Shown: in pieces, positions 18,344 to 28,237 of the stretch
How the letters are laid out: each line of letters starts with the position of its first letter
Position numbering within the stretch: position 1 is the first letter of the stretch
IMG/VR virus record: IMGVR_UViG_3300022225_001767
Origin: a virus
Reading direction: 5' to 3' (one strand)
Length of the DNA: 64,000 bases
Notes under the pieces: generated by a model
Told to the model about the DNA's origin: nothing
The model's database searches: none
The model's input: only the letters and a program-made list of their open reading frames with translations
Position numbers and translations under genes: made by a program

Positions 18344-19021
18344 TCAAACCCTTGCTGTTCTTCGACGCAGCATTAGTCCAATTGTCATCAGGCCAAAGCC
18401 TCCAAGCAAAGGTGCTGACACTTGGTTAATCGGCGCCTGAGGATTTTGAATGTTTAATGATGGGTCATTGATGGAGCTTAATGTAACGCCGCCATCGGAC
18501 ACCAACAACACGCCCATGTACTGGTTTGTATAATCAGTTGTGTCGTCACCATACCCGTACCAATACGACGTCTGTCCCGATGCGCGCGACACACCAAAAA
18601 AACCAAGCTGCCCGTTCTCTTTGTACCCCAGTCCATAAGACCGGATTGTCGGCGAAGGGGTCACTTCACCCATGTTCGAAACCCAATCCTGCGCTTGCTG
18701 TGTGTAAAGCGAATAATTTCGACGGGTCCCCTGAGGATTGTTCAGCATAGAACTGCCTGCAAAATTCGCCTCCCATAATGTTACTATTTCCTCTGACGTA
18801 GGAATACGCCACCCCTCAAGACTTCCACCAGGAGCCAGCTCAGCCTGAACATCATCGACACTTTGCCCTAATGTGTTTGTCACCTTAAGCCACTCAATGC
18901 CGGTTTCTTCATGCAGCGTTGCCAACCCATCACCTGACACTTTCCAATCAGTATCAATAAATCCTGCTTGGCTGGCACAGGATAATACGGTAAACACTGC
19001 GCCCACTAACCACTTTCTCAT
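18344..19021 (-). CDS. Exported protein with PEP-CTERM-like tail
   Basis: Signal peptide; QVSAP + TM + RRRTARV; paralogue of 6158. Confidence 0.8.
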   Translation of the reverse strand: MRKWLVGAVFTVLSCASQAGFIDTDWKVSGDGLATLHEETGIEWLKVTNTLGQSVDDVQAELAPGGSLEGWRIPTSEEIVTLWEANFAGSSMLNNPQGTRRNYSLYTQQAQDWVSNMGEVTPSPTIRSYGLGYKENGQLGFFGVSRASGQTSYWYGYGDDTTDYTNQYMGVLLVSDGGVTLSSINDPSLNIQNPQAPINQVSAPLLGGFGLMTIGLMLRRRTARV

Positions 19022-19112
19022 ATTCTCATTCCTTTTTTCGGCATACCTAAGCCACTTTCCTTAAATAAAGCAAAACTTATTCCATTATTTAAATCAAAAT
19101 TTCAAAAAGCCA

Positions 19113-19158
19113 TTGACAAAGCACACAGCCTCAGGCATGATGTTACCTGTCAACACAA
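19113..19158 (+). promoter_or_regulatory. Repeated promoter + GTCAACACAA leader
   Basis: TTGACA 19113, CATGAT, GTCAAC 19149. Confidence 0.8.
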
Positions 19159-19170
19159 ACGGAGAAACAC

Positions 19171-20016
19171 ATGCACCTCAGTACAATAACCCGCGTTCAA
19201 CGCGTTACCCCATTACGTAAACCAGGCCGCCTTCAGGTTATGAGCACTCTGTCTGATGATCCTCTTGGCCGCACAGGCTCAATGGTCACCGCTATCGCCT
19301 TCGAACCAAGCACACAGCGCGTCCAAGGCTTAAATGGGTGGGTATATCACATTGCAGATGGCGCCGCCGACAAAGATAGCCTCCAAGCATTATCAACGCT
19401 TAAAGACACCATCATTGATGACAATATTCCGGCGTGGTGGAAAGAAGGACGTCCCGTTTATCCTACGCGTGGTGAATTCAGAGAGTTCTCCGACAAGAGA
19501 GACTATGAAGTTTACTCTGTCCCTGCACCTAAAGATGACATTATACTGTCACCAATAAACCTTAGCTCTGAGCAGTTACCTAGCACCTTAACACTCGAAC
19601 AGTGGCTAATGAAATGCGTTGAGGACAATGACATTCTTCATGGCGACATGCACCTTGCCGCTAACCCTATCCCTGACGATAACAACAATATAAAGCTCTA
19701 TGCAAGCAAAGGTCTCGCCTTTCGTAAGGCTGAATGGCTATCCATGCACTCTCCCGTCCCTGGGCATTGCATTCGTTTATATATGAGTGACCAACAAACC
19801 ATCATGGCTTTTGGCCCCAAAACCTTCAAGAGCGCTATGGCAAAGCGGGCTTTAGCGCTGAAAGATTTTGACGTTAGTGCGCTTATTGATGCCATGCGTT
19901 CAGAGTCAAGTGTTGCGGTCGACTTTATCAAAACGGATGATGGCTATCATGCACACACCTTCTGGCGTTACGATGACATTGACGATGTTGTTTACGCCGA
20001 TGAGCTTAAGCTCTAA
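19171..20016 (+). CDS. Hypothetical protein
   Basis: 281 aa, GGAG SD. Confidence 0.8.
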   Translation: MHLSTITRVQRVTPLRKPGRLQVMSTLSDDPLGRTGSMVTAIAFEPSTQRVQGLNGWVYHIADGAADKDSLQALSTLKDTIIDDNIPAWWKEGRPVYPTRGEFREFSDKRDYEVYSVPAPKDDIILSPINLSSEQLPSTLTLEQWLMKCVEDNDILHGDMHLAANPIPDDNNNIKLYASKGLAFRKAEWLSMHSPVPGHCIRLYMSDQQTIMAFGPKTFKSAMAKRALALKDFDVSALIDAMRSESSVAVDFIKTDDGYHAHTFWRYDDIDDVVYADELKL

Positions 20017-20104
20017 CCTTGGCATGATGGAAGGCGAAAGCCTTCCACACCAAGAACACCTTTTCATCGTTGATTTAACTCACCAACCCTGTTAACATTA
20101 ACTC

Positions 20105-20293
20105 GTTCACAAAAGCGCTCGCTCCGAAATACGGGCAGCAGCAAGAATGGGTTTGCCCCCTTTGATCTCAACATGCTACAAGCATGACAGACAGCTAAAC
20201 ATCACATTTGCAATGTAACTTCATCAATAAGTCACTTGCTTTGATGTATTGAGATCCATCTTGTCAACAAGTGCAAATATTGAGGAAGTCAAA
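20105..20293 (+). ncRNA. Structured 5' leader A (pseudoknot-like family)
   Basis: Promoter TTGATT 20070 / TAACAT 20093. GATCTCAA 20164 pairs with TTGAGATC 20249, which lies in the loop of hairpin CACTTG 20233 / CAAGTG 20268. Confidence 0.55.
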
Positions 20294-20842
20294 ATGACCA
20301 AATTTAACCTTTCCACCCCCAACGGCCTGTCTGGTTTTCTAAAGAACCTTAAGCGTCAATTTACGCTGGCCAACATGGATATTCGCAAAACGAAAGACAG
20401 CAAGCTGCTTCATCGCGCAGCCGAAGCCATGGGGCTGGAGGACTGGCCCACATTGTCAGCGTCACTCACACCCCCTCTTAAGATCAATAACAGGACCGTA
20501 TCTGAGAGCAAACAGCGAGACGCAGAAGCGACACTAAAAGACTTACTTGAAAGTAACCAGCGTATCGAAAATGGTGAAGATGTTGATATCGACGACAGTA
20601 TATACGGCCGCTCAGTGTCTCGTATCGAGGTATTCTTCTCACTAGGCTCAGACAGGGATATTACGTTTACGGTTGCGGTTGGTGCTCGTGGTGAATTTGA
20701 TATAGAAAGTGCGAAAATTACCGTTCGCGGCTTTGATACCATTGGCATCGTTCAACCTGAAGGAGAAGCGCTCCTTTCGCTCTGTGATCTTTTTGAATCC
20801 AGAGTGGGATTTGAAGTCGATCGTTTTTTCTCAGGTAAGTAA
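20294..20842 (+). CDS. Protein with Glyoxalase_8-like N-terminal helical motif
   Basis: KDSKLLHRAAEAMGLEDWPTLSA; GAGG SD. Confidence 0.6.
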   Translation: MTKFNLSTPNGLSGFLKNLKRQFTLANMDIRKTKDSKLLHRAAEAMGLEDWPTLSASLTPPLKINNRTVSESKQRDAEATLKDLLESNQRIENGEDVDIDDSIYGRSVSRIEVFFSLGSDRDITFTVAVGARGEFDIESAKITVRGFDTIGIVQPEGEALLSLCDLFESRVGFEVDRFFSGK

Positions 20843-20852
20843 CGTGCTCATC

Positions 20853-20880
20853 AAAAAAGCCGCTTTTAAAGCGGCTTTTT
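20853..20880. terminator. Bidirectional intrinsic terminator
   Basis: AAAAAAGCCGC-TTTTAAA-GCGGCTTTTT. Confidence 0.8.
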
Positions 20881-20899
20881 ATTCTACATCAGGCTCAGA

Positions 20900-21157
20900 T
20901 TACTTCTTTATCGTTCCTCTTTTGCCTTTCTTTGTTGTTGTTGTTTCGTGTTCAGGCGGAGGAGGCGCAACATCGATAAGCATCGACTTATTCATCTGCG
21001 TTTCTGCTGAACCCATGTCAATAACGACTGGTGCGCCGTCATTCATAGCATCTGCGGCCAAATCGCCACCATTTACAGAGGTGGCGGCACTTGCTGCGGT
21101 TGAAGCAAAAGCGACGGCTGCAACCAAAAGAGTATTTTTAACTAAACGCGTTCGCAT
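20900..21157 (-). CDS. Small secreted protein with Pro/Lys-rich C-terminus
   Basis: Signal peptide ending ASA-A; AAGGA SD. Confidence 0.65.
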   Translation of the reverse strand: MRTRLVKNTLLVAAVAFASTAASAATSVNGGDLAADAMNDGAPVVIDMGSAETQMNKSMLIDVAPPPPEHETTTTKKGKRGTIKK

Positions 21158-21227
21158 GATAATATTTCCTTCTTTTTGGATTAAATATTTACAATAATAT
21201 AAAATGGACAGATGGAATTACGCCTTA

Positions 21228-21440
21228 CTACTTTTTAGACGCAGGTGGAAGTCGAGGTCCTTTGGGCTTTTTCTCTTGCTCTGTTAGTGGCGACGCCACG
21301 ATCAAGCTTAAACCAACCACGTCACGAGACACTCTACTTTCGTCACTAACAGCAACGCCTTTTTCTGACGCCGCACTGGCCGTCATACTCATCGTTAACG
21401 CTGAGGCTAAAAGCGAAACTTTTAGTACCGTTTTTCGCAT
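21228..21440 (-). CDS. Small secreted protein with Pro/Lys-rich C-terminus
   Basis: MRKTVLKVSLLASALTMSMTASA signal peptide; same layout as its neighbour. Confidence 0.65.
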   Translation of the reverse strand: MRKTVLKVSLLASALTMSMTASAASEKGVAVSDESRVSRDVVGLSLIVASPLTEQEKKPKGPRLPPASKK

Positions 21441-21712
21441 GTTCATCATCCTTTCTACTAATTGTATCAATGGGTTGAGATTTACTGCGCTCCTTAACAG
21501 GAGTAAATTTACAGTACGGAATATTTTTATCTAAGTCAACGTCTTATTTTGTGAAAATTTTAACGAATGCTCGCTAACCCCCGCCACCTAAGACTTCGCA
21601 TGGTCAAAAAAAACTAAACCAATGTCTAATGTACATTATTTGACCCACGACATATAATTGTGTATTCTCCTCCTATAGCGAGAAAACCCACCACTAATAA
21701 AAATGGAATATT

Positions 21713-22537
21713 ATGAAAAACACACTCTGTACGCTTATTTTAAGCTCGGTCGCGTTCGTATCATCAGTGAATGCAGAGCCGATCCTGGTACACGACTATC
21801 CTGAAGCAAAAAAGCTTTTTTATACGGAAACCAAGGTTGATCACTCTCTACCTAATGGTGGACAACGTGGGCATGATATTGCGGTTCGTACCGGAAATGG
21901 CAGTCACGGCGATTCATCCAATTTAAATTGGTTGAGCTACGATGGGAACCACAATCTTGATTGGTTCAAACATACGTTTGATTGGTCTATCACGCGTGAT
22001 GGAACTGACACCACTTATTCATTTGGTGGGACAACAGTGCAAACACAGTCTCTGGAAGGGGATTGGGACGCGCTTGGTATTTATTTTAACACCTCTGGCT
22101 GGTCAGGCTATTTCTTTGATAATGCCTACATCAACATGACGTTAGATACATGGAATGAAACGGCACTCATCGATCCTATCTCTTACAAGTCAAAACTTGG
22201 TAAGACAAAATTCATGGAGTTTACTGACAGCGATGAGCAGTGGATTGAGTCAGTTTCTGGTACCGCAACGTTTCACTGGAACGTCAAAGATTATTATTCA
22301 TATTACCATTGGAAAGAGAAATCTCCCAACGGCCGCCTTGCTATGTACTTCAAAGGCTATGACTACCTTGGCGCAGACTACACGTCGCCAGGCAACGACG
22401 CAGACATCCCCATTGACGAAACAGGCAACATCATTGAAAATCCAACGAATGTCGGCGCGCCTATGCTCGCCTCTGCGGGGCTGCTGATGCTGGGCGCTTC
22501 TTGGGTGAGACGACGAAAAAGTCTCATGCAAATGTAA
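21713..22537 (+). CDS. Exported protein with PEP-CTERM-like tail
   Basis: Signal peptide; TNVGAP + TM + RRRKS. Confidence 0.8.
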   Translation: MKNTLCTLILSSVAFVSSVNAEPILVHDYPEAKKLFYTETKVDHSLPNGGQRGHDIAVRTGNGSHGDSSNLNWLSYDGNHNLDWFKHTFDWSITRDGTDTTYSFGGTTVQTQSLEGDWDALGIYFNTSGWSGYFFDNAYINMTLDTWNETALIDPISYKSKLGKTKFMEFTDSDEQWIESVSGTATFHWNVKDYYSYYHWKEKSPNGRLAMYFKGYDYLGADYTSPGNDADIPIDETGNIIENPTNVGAPMLASAGLLMLGASWVRRRKSLMQM

Positions 22538-22543
22538 CCAGAC

Positions 22544-22570
22544 AAAAAACCACGCTTATGCGTGGTTTTT
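22544..22570. terminator. Bidirectional intrinsic terminator
   Basis: AAAAAACCACGC-TTAT-GCGTGGTTTTT. Confidence 0.8.
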
Positions 22571-22573
22571 GTT

Positions 22574-23293
22574 TTAGGCATTTACCATCCACTGCTTACG
22601 CACTTTTTTCCTTTTCCAAGTTCGTTCTAAGCACACGTACTTTTCATTAAACTCATTTGGCAACGCTGAAGCACCGCGCTTACCGCGAACGTTTGGCGCA
22701 TCAGGCTCCATCTTAAGGGCCTCAAGGCTCCGGCGCTCTGCCATTACCTTAGGGCGGCGATAACAGTACCCTGTTCTCACATAGCCAGGTTGATGCTTGA
22801 ACTTACTTAACCAACTGTTAAAACCAGACTCCCGTTCTCCAGGGAGCACGCCGCGATTATAAGGCGAACAATCGCTTTCCATCCATGCAGCCACTGACGT
22901 TAAGTGACCTCGCGGCCCCCATGGACGCGGCTTAGTAGGCTCAGGCAAGGGATCACCAAACTCAGTGGTTACCTTGGCGACTTCATAGAAGTCTTCGCGC
23001 GCATGAGGCACGAACTCCCTTGCTCTTAAACGAAAATAATACATCCTTTCAGACTCACCTTCTCGCGGCCTTAAAGGTGTCTCTCGCTTCCTAAGACGAT
23101 GCTTGCAATCGCTACCTATCGCCTGTTCGAGCGTTAAGTATCTTGCGTCACAGTGACGACACACATAGGCTTCTGAAGCGGTTGCTTTCCGTTTCACCGG
23201 GGAAGCAATGTATGCTGCCAAGTTTTCAAAAATGCGAACCCGTGTCGGCGTGCGCTCTATAATTTTAGGCTCATAAACAGGAACCTCGTACAT
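22574..23293 (-). CDS. Basic hypothetical protein
   Basis: 239 aa, AGGAG SD, CxxC and C-terminal RTWKRKKVRKQW. Confidence 0.75.
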   Translation of the reverse strand: MYEVPVYEPKIIERTPTRVRIFENLAAYIASPVKRKATASEAYVCRHCDARYLTLEQAIGSDCKHRLRKRETPLRPREGESERMYYFRLRAREFVPHAREDFYEVAKVTTEFGDPLPEPTKPRPWGPRGHLTSVAAWMESDCSPYNRGVLPGERESGFNSWLSKFKHQPGYVRTGYCYRRPKVMAERRSLEALKMEPDAPNVRGKRGASALPNEFNEKYVCLERTWKRKKVRKQWMVNA

Positions 23294-23425
23294 GATTTAT
23301 CTCCTAATGTAAAACTTCACATTCGGAATGTCATGCGTCCCTGTATGGCATGGTACTTAATCGGCATAATGCCTCCTTACTTAAACTTTAATTATTATAA
23401 CACCAATGTGTCAAAATACAATAAA

Positions 23426-23454
23426 TAAAAAGGGCAGATTATACTGCCCTTTTT
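23426..23454 (-). terminator. Intrinsic terminator downstream of the porin gene
   Basis: AAAAAGGGCAG-ATTATA-CTGCCCTTTTT. Confidence 0.75.
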
Positions 23455-23469
23455 GGTTCAACTGTAAAT

Positions 23470-24639
23470 CTAGAATACAAAATTAACCGCAACGCGCGCC
23501 AATGTGCCATCATTATCGTCTGACACATCATCATTGTATCGAGACACATCAGCCTTTAATGCCACACCGCTATCCAAATCATAGCGCAATGCCACAGATG
23601 TAATACTGTAATCTTCAACCTGAGAAGCCTGCGCACCTAATGCGACGCTTGTTAAGGTTGCAGCCACGCTGTCTGGTAGCCCTGAACCAGCGATATCATT
23701 GATAAGTGACGCGTTATTGATAGACAACTCAGACTCGAAGCGTTCATACGTAATAGACGGTGTCCACTTACCATAACGCGCACCGGCGGTGACATAGTAT
23801 GCCGTATCATCATTGCTAAAACTATCATCAATCATCACTTTAGTTAGCTCTGCGCCTACAAAATACTGATAGTTGTCCCACATCACGCTAGCGCCCAGGA
23901 ATTGACCTTCATCATCTTCCATTTCAAGCGAGTCCGATAGCGCGACTAAACCCAGCTCTCGCATAGTTGAGAAGCCACCTGCCAGCAAGGCCGCCTGCTC
24001 ATCACTTGAACCTGCAAGATCAAGGGTGGCATCTGTTCGCCCAACCACCCCACGGACGGTCAAGCTTTCATTACTCGCCTGCAATGATACTAACAGCGTG
24101 TTTTCTCCACGAAGGTCCGCACCAAAGGCGTCACCTTTAAATTGCCCTGCCGCCACATCAGTCAGGATATCCCAACCGCCCAGCATGTTGCTGTAGCTCA
24201 CTTTTACACCATCAAGGTTATTGAAAGGCACATTGTAGATTGCATTCGGTGCGGTTACCCAATGATAGGTATAACCCACATCCAGTGACGCCGAATAGGC
24301 AAATAAAGGAAGACGAGAGCGGCCCGCGGTTACGGTCCAGTTGTTGTTAACTTCGTAAGAGAGGTAAGCCCACTCAAACGCCACATCAAAGTCATCTTCA
24401 CCACGCGATAACACCTGGGCTGTTGCCGTTATCTTGTCTGATACGTCTGATGAAAATTGTAACGCAAACAAGCTGTCGTTTTGAAAATCGATATTGTCAT
24501 CAAAATTCAACACAACATCATCACTGCTGGCGATACCGCCAACAACGTTACCGAATCCATTGATCGTCACATCCGCCTGCGCACCCGCTGCGGCCAACAT
24601 AACACTCGCTGCTAACAATGATTTTTTCATGTTCTTCAT
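23470..24639 (-). CDS. Outer-membrane beta-barrel (porin)
   Basis: Signal peptide; INGFG, EWAYLSY, GRSRLP; terminal Phe (VNFVF). Confidence 0.8.
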   Translation of the reverse strand: MKNMKKSLLAASVMLAAAGAQADVTINGFGNVVGGIASSDDVVLNFDDNIDFQNDSLFALQFSSDVSDKITATAQVLSRGEDDFDVAFEWAYLSYEVNNNWTVTAGRSRLPLFAYSASLDVGYTYHWVTAPNAIYNVPFNNLDGVKVSYSNMLGGWDILTDVAAGQFKGDAFGADLRGENTLLVSLQASNESLTVRGVVGRTDATLDLAGSSDEQAALLAGGFSTMRELGLVALSDSLEMEDDEGQFLGASVMWDNYQYFVGAELTKVMIDDSFSNDDTAYYVTAGARYGKWTPSITYERFESELSINNASLINDIAGSGLPDSVAATLTSVALGAQASQVEDYSITSVALRYDLDSGVALKADVSRYNDDVSDDNDGTLARVAVNFVF

Positions 24640-24650
24640 TTTGCTGTCCC

Positions 24651-25064
24651 CTACTTGGTCAATACGACTTTAACATCACCCGTGACGCTTGATGCATCGA
24701 CGTAAGAGATGGCGTTTTTATTGTCTTTAACGAGATTGATGACGGCGGCGTCATCACTTACTTGTTTTGGCGCCGATCCTTTTCCGGTAAACACCTGTTT
24801 TGCCCAATAGCTGGCGACCTGTGAGCTGCTACGATTTAGCAACCCCGTATTAAAAGCATCCGTCGTCGTCGCTGTTTCTTGCGTGATAGGGAGCACCTCC
24901 TTACCATCGCTAAATTGGCCCGCCTTACCCAAGAACATACGCGCTACATCTTCAGCAGTAATTTCTGCTGTGTTTTCAGGGTGAACAATGACAGCCACTT
25001 CAGCAAATGCAGAGACGGCAACACTCGCACTAAGCGATAACGCTAATACTACTTTTTTAAGCAT
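24651..25064 (-). CDS. Small periplasmic binding-protein-like ('phosphate ABC transporter substrate-binding'-like) porin partner
   Basis: AEVAVIVHPEN…MFLGK…YWAKQVFTGKG…P…AISYVD. Confidence 0.8.
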   Translation of the reverse strand: MLKKVVLALSLSASVAVSAFAEVAVIVHPENTAEITAEDVARMFLGKAGQFSDGKEVLPITQETATTTDAFNTGLLNRSSSQVASYWAKQVFTGKGSAPKQVSDDAAVINLVKDNKNAISYVDASSVTGDVKVVLTK

Positions 25065-25257
25065 TATTATTCCTTCTTACAGGGTTGTGTTTGAAAATGA
25101 TTTTATATTGCGTTGACAGCAATGACATGAATTCTTTCATACTTTCAAGTAAATAACAACACTACTTTAAAATAAGGCAACAAATTAACTTACTCTCTTC
25201 ACCTGCACAACATTTTAAATAGCTTGCCTTTATCCCCTACTGTGGTATTATTTAATT

Positions 25258-25424
25258 ACTTCGAGTTGGCATAGCCGTAAAATCTTGAATGGGCACTCGG
25301 CCCGCCGCCTCACATTGGCAAAAGAGTACACAGCAACAGCACATAGTATAAACACAACATGCGTTGTCGTGGTGGTGAGTGAGGTAACCCGTAAAGTAAA
25401 AAGACAACGTTTTTGGAGTGTTAT
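25258..25424 (+). ncRNA. Structured 5' leader B (pseudoknot-like family)
   Basis: Promoter TTGCCT 25224 / TATTAT 25246. CCTCAC 25308 pairs with GTGAGG 25379, in the loop of CGTTGTC 25362 / GACAACG 25403. Confidence 0.55.
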
Positions 25425-25970
25425 ATGATGCATTGCCCACCTATTCTTGGCTTCCTTTCGGTGGCCCACTTTCGAGATGAAACAAAAAAGCTGTCAGAAC
25501 ATCTCAACATCCCCTTAAACAAACTGAGAAAGAAAATTGCCAATCGACACGGTTTCAAAGGCATTGAACCCTACGAGGCTCAACTTTCGCTTTTCGAAGC
25601 GCAGGATGTTGACGCCATACCGCCTTATCGTATTGGCGGAGGGAAAATTGTATACCTGATCTGCTATGAAACGCTAAGACACACATCATCAGGTTACGTA
25701 TGGAATGAGAACAAGAAAGGCATTATGGCCGAGTTAAGCTCCATGATGAACTTCAATCACAACAACGTACACCGTGATAACATTCAACTCCTCATCACTC
25801 GTGTCGAGGTGCCATGGGATATGGATCATGACGAGATTACAGACACGTTGTCTAATTTTGAGGAGCGCATTATGTTGGAGCATAAGGGATTTCGTTACCC
25901 GCTGACTCAGAAGGGGTTTAAAGACAGTGTCGCTGCTGTTAACGCGGACAATGATGATGAAATTGATTGA
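25425..25970 (+). CDS. Protein with Glyoxalase_8-like N-terminal helical motif
   Basis: PLNKLRKKIANRHGFKGIEPYEAQL; GGAG SD. Confidence 0.6.
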   Translation: MMHCPPILGFLSVAHFRDETKKLSEHLNIPLNKLRKKIANRHGFKGIEPYEAQLSLFEAQDVDAIPPYRIGGGKIVYLICYETLRHTSSGYVWNENKKGIMAELSSMMNFNHNNVHRDNIQLLITRVEVPWDMDHDEITDTLSNFEERIMLEHKGFRYPLTQKGFKDSVAAVNADNDDEID

Positions 25971-26012
25971 CAATACTCACAGTGTTTGTAATACTGTCCC
26001 TGTCAACACAAC
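25967..26012 (+). promoter_or_regulatory. Repeated promoter + GTCAACACAAC leader
   Basis: TTGACA 25967, TGTAATACT, GTCAAC 26002. Confidence 0.85.
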
Positions 26013-26028
26013 TCGGAGTAATATTACC

Positions 26029-26403
26029 ATGCCATCACCAATTAGCTTTAATATCCGTCCTAACACGGGAAACGATATCGCCGACCGCAAAGTTCAGTTC
26101 GATTCATTAATTGACTTTGCTTGGGAAGGCATGAGCAAAGGGCTAGGTAATCGTATGTGGGTCTTTAGTGCAACGTACCTTGGGGTTAATGCGTTGGGCT
26201 TAGTCTTTGCTAAGGACGAAGACGACGCAAGGGCACTACTGTCAAAGAACGTACGCATTAGTGAGCCTCTACTTCCAACAGACGTACCTAACGACGGCTA
26301 TCCTGTTCAATGCTTAAGCGCCAACATGGAGCGCGCCCACATGTTTAATGCATTGGCCGCCCTGAGCTATTACCTCCCTGTTTTTAATGAAGCGGCAGCC
26401 TAA
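26029..26403 (+). CDS. Hypothetical protein
   Basis: ATG after GGAG SD. Confidence 0.75.
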   Translation: MPSPISFNIRPNTGNDIADRKVQFDSLIDFAWEGMSKGLGNRMWVFSATYLGVNALGLVFAKDEDDARALLSKNVRISEPLLPTDVPNDGYPVQCLSANMERAHMFNALAALSYYLPVFNEAAA

Positions 26404-26482
26404 AAGCTGTCCGTTCAACATCATTATCCTGAGGGCGTGACCCGCCCTCGCTATCAATTTTCCTCAACGGAAAGGACACCTA

Positions 26483-26806
26483 ATGCAACCAACGCCACTT
26501 GAAAACTTAAAAAAAGAAACTAATCCACATATTCGCACGCTGGCTTTAGCGCTACACGCCGCAGGCGTTGACGTGACTCTCACTGACAACGCAGAGCCGA
26601 CGCTCCTTGATGATTGCTTGGTTACCGGTGTCGTCAACCAGGATGGCGGCGAGCTTTCTGTGGCTGTTCCTAATGAACACTCAGAGTATGAAGATCCACG
26701 CTATCGCCTTACCATCGGCATGAAAAATGGCACGTTCATACACGGTCTGAAAACGAACGATCCCAATGCCATGGTAAAGGCCATTCTCGATATTAAAGGC
26801 GACTGA
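26483..26806 (+). CDS. Hypothetical protein
   Basis: 107 aa, AAGGA SD. Confidence 0.75.
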   Translation: MQPTPLENLKKETNPHIRTLALALHAAGVDVTLTDNAEPTLLDDCLVTGVVNQDGGELSVAVPNEHSEYEDPRYRLTIGMKNGTFIHGLKTNDPNAMVKAILDIKGD

Positions 26807-26864
26807 GAACTTACTCTTTTTAGGGCGAGCGCCGCCCTAAAAACGCCATTTCTGCACATTTCTA

Positions 26865-26910
26865 TTGACAACGCCCTCACTTATTGAGATACTAATCCTG
26901 TCAACACAAC
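26865..26910 (+). promoter_or_regulatory. Repeated promoter + GTCAACACAAC leader
   Basis: TTGACA 26865, TGAGATACT, GTCAAC 26900. Confidence 0.9.
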
Positions 26911-26924
26911 AACGAGAAAAAACA

Positions 26925-27212
26925 ATGGAAATCATTACTCATACAGGTCTGCGTCGCATCCCAAACAACATCAAGATGCGCGGCAAGTCACTAGCAAGAA
27001 AGAACTCTCAACCTAACCATAAGCTAAACCTTCGTATTCGCAACATCATGCGCGATTTGGACACTGAAGATATCCGTATCACGTATGGTTCTGGTAATAC
27101 ACCCGATGTATTACGCAATATGAAAACTGGCGAACGTGTAGAAATGGAAACCCCATTTTACCTTATTGCGGAACATGACCTTCGCCGCATCATGAGTAAG
27201 CTTGCAGGTTAA
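26925..27212 (+). CDS. Basic hypothetical protein
   Basis: ATG 26925 after the leader. Confidence 0.7.
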   Translation: MEIITHTGLRRIPNNIKMRGKSLARKNSQPNHKLNLRIRNIMRDLDTEDIRITYGSGNTPDVLRNMKTGERVEMETPFYLIAEHDLRRIMSKLAG

Positions 27213-27288
27213 TATTTTTTATTGAGGTGGCCACTGCGCCATCTCGCCATGTCTCAACAACGTAAAACAACACAAAAAGGCATTTCTT

Positions 27289-27669
27289 ATGGCAAACGCA
27301 ACCTCAATGGCTGTATCTTTTGATGTAGCTGAACAAGAAGATGTTTTTATCGCACGCTTTTCACGTGAACAGCAAGCTGACCTTGATGTACTTGAAGATG
27401 AAGAAACGTGTAATGGGCTCACTCTTGTTATCGGCAAGGATAGTGACCCTTTGTCGGGCTACACGCCCAGCGCGCCTCAAGAGCATACGCTGAAAAACTG
27501 GACGCTTACGTGGATGATTTCACGCCATCAAACGGGCGCAGAACGCTTGCACTTGCGTCTCCGCCACAACAAAAAAACGTGCCCTACTTACATGAGCACA
27601 GATGCATCATCAAATGGCGCGCTTGTCCTTAATGTTGCTAATGGTATGCCTGAAAAAACATATCCTTAG
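27289..27669 (+). CDS. Hypothetical protein
   Basis: 126 aa ORF. Confidence 0.65.
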   Translation: MANATSMAVSFDVAEQEDVFIARFSREQQADLDVLEDEETCNGLTLVIGKDSDPLSGYTPSAPQEHTLKNWTLTWMISRHQTGAERLHLRLRHNKKTCPTYMSTDASSNGALVLNVANGMPEKTYP

Positions 27670-27712
27670 ACACGGTCACATCAACCTCTATTAACGATAA
27701 AGAGAGAATAGT

Positions 27713-28180
27713 ATGACGACACTGAGTTCACTTTGCAATTCGCTGGGATTGAGTGCTGAAACGGCACTTAATTTGCTCGACGATTTCATAAAGGAAAAAA
27801 ATCTCGATGGCGAGGCGCATGAATACCTTCGCGGCGTCGCCAATAATGCGCGCGAGAAGGTGTACGGACTTACTCAAGCCTGCGATATCATTATGGAAGA
27901 GCCGGAGTGCTCTCTCATTGTTGCCACAGTGGGAACCGCCGATATAGACGACCCAGGCACCTTTATTGAAACTTATGAAGTAGCCATGTGCTCAGACGGG
28001 TACACGAAACCTGTTGATTTAATGCGATGTTTTTCATCGATACTTCGAAACCACTTAACAAATTTCGGTGATTTGCATCTTGCACTCGACGCGGAGAGTA
28101 TATCTTACTACGGAGGTGCTGACCTTGATGCGGTTGCACATAAAGATGAAACAACAGGTGAGTGGTCGCTTTTAGTGTAA
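27713..28180 (+). CDS. Acidic hypothetical protein
   Basis: 155 aa ORF. Confidence 0.7.
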   Translation: MTTLSSLCNSLGLSAETALNLLDDFIKEKNLDGEAHEYLRGVANNAREKVYGLTQACDIIMEEPECSLIVATVGTADIDDPGTFIETYEVAMCSDGYTKPVDLMRCFSSILRNHLTNFGDLHLALDAESISYYGGADLDAVAHKDETTGEWSLLV

Positions 28181-28190
28181 ATCAACAGGC

Positions 28191-28221
28191 AAAAAAACGC
28201 TAGATAATCATCTAGCGTTTT
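28191..28221. terminator. Bidirectional intrinsic terminator
   Basis: AAAAAAACGCTAGAT-AATC-ATCTAGCGTTTT. Confidence 0.75.
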
Positions 28222-28237
28222 CCTTGACGGCCTTTTT

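Noticed and set aside
20249-20273. TTGAGATCCATCTTGTCAACAA as another copy of the repeat promoter
   Set aside because: No -35 at the right spacing and no ACAC continuation; the bases form part of leader A's hairpin
26865-26924. Recurring N-terminal peptide MTTxxxFEILILSTQQ in many ORF-track proteins (26865, 34383, 45181, 48115, 56866, 60943 and others)
   Set aside because: Artefact of the ORF caller starting at the TTG of TTGACA and translating the promoter repeat. True starts follow the SD downstream; SSB, for example, begins MATKG at 45247.
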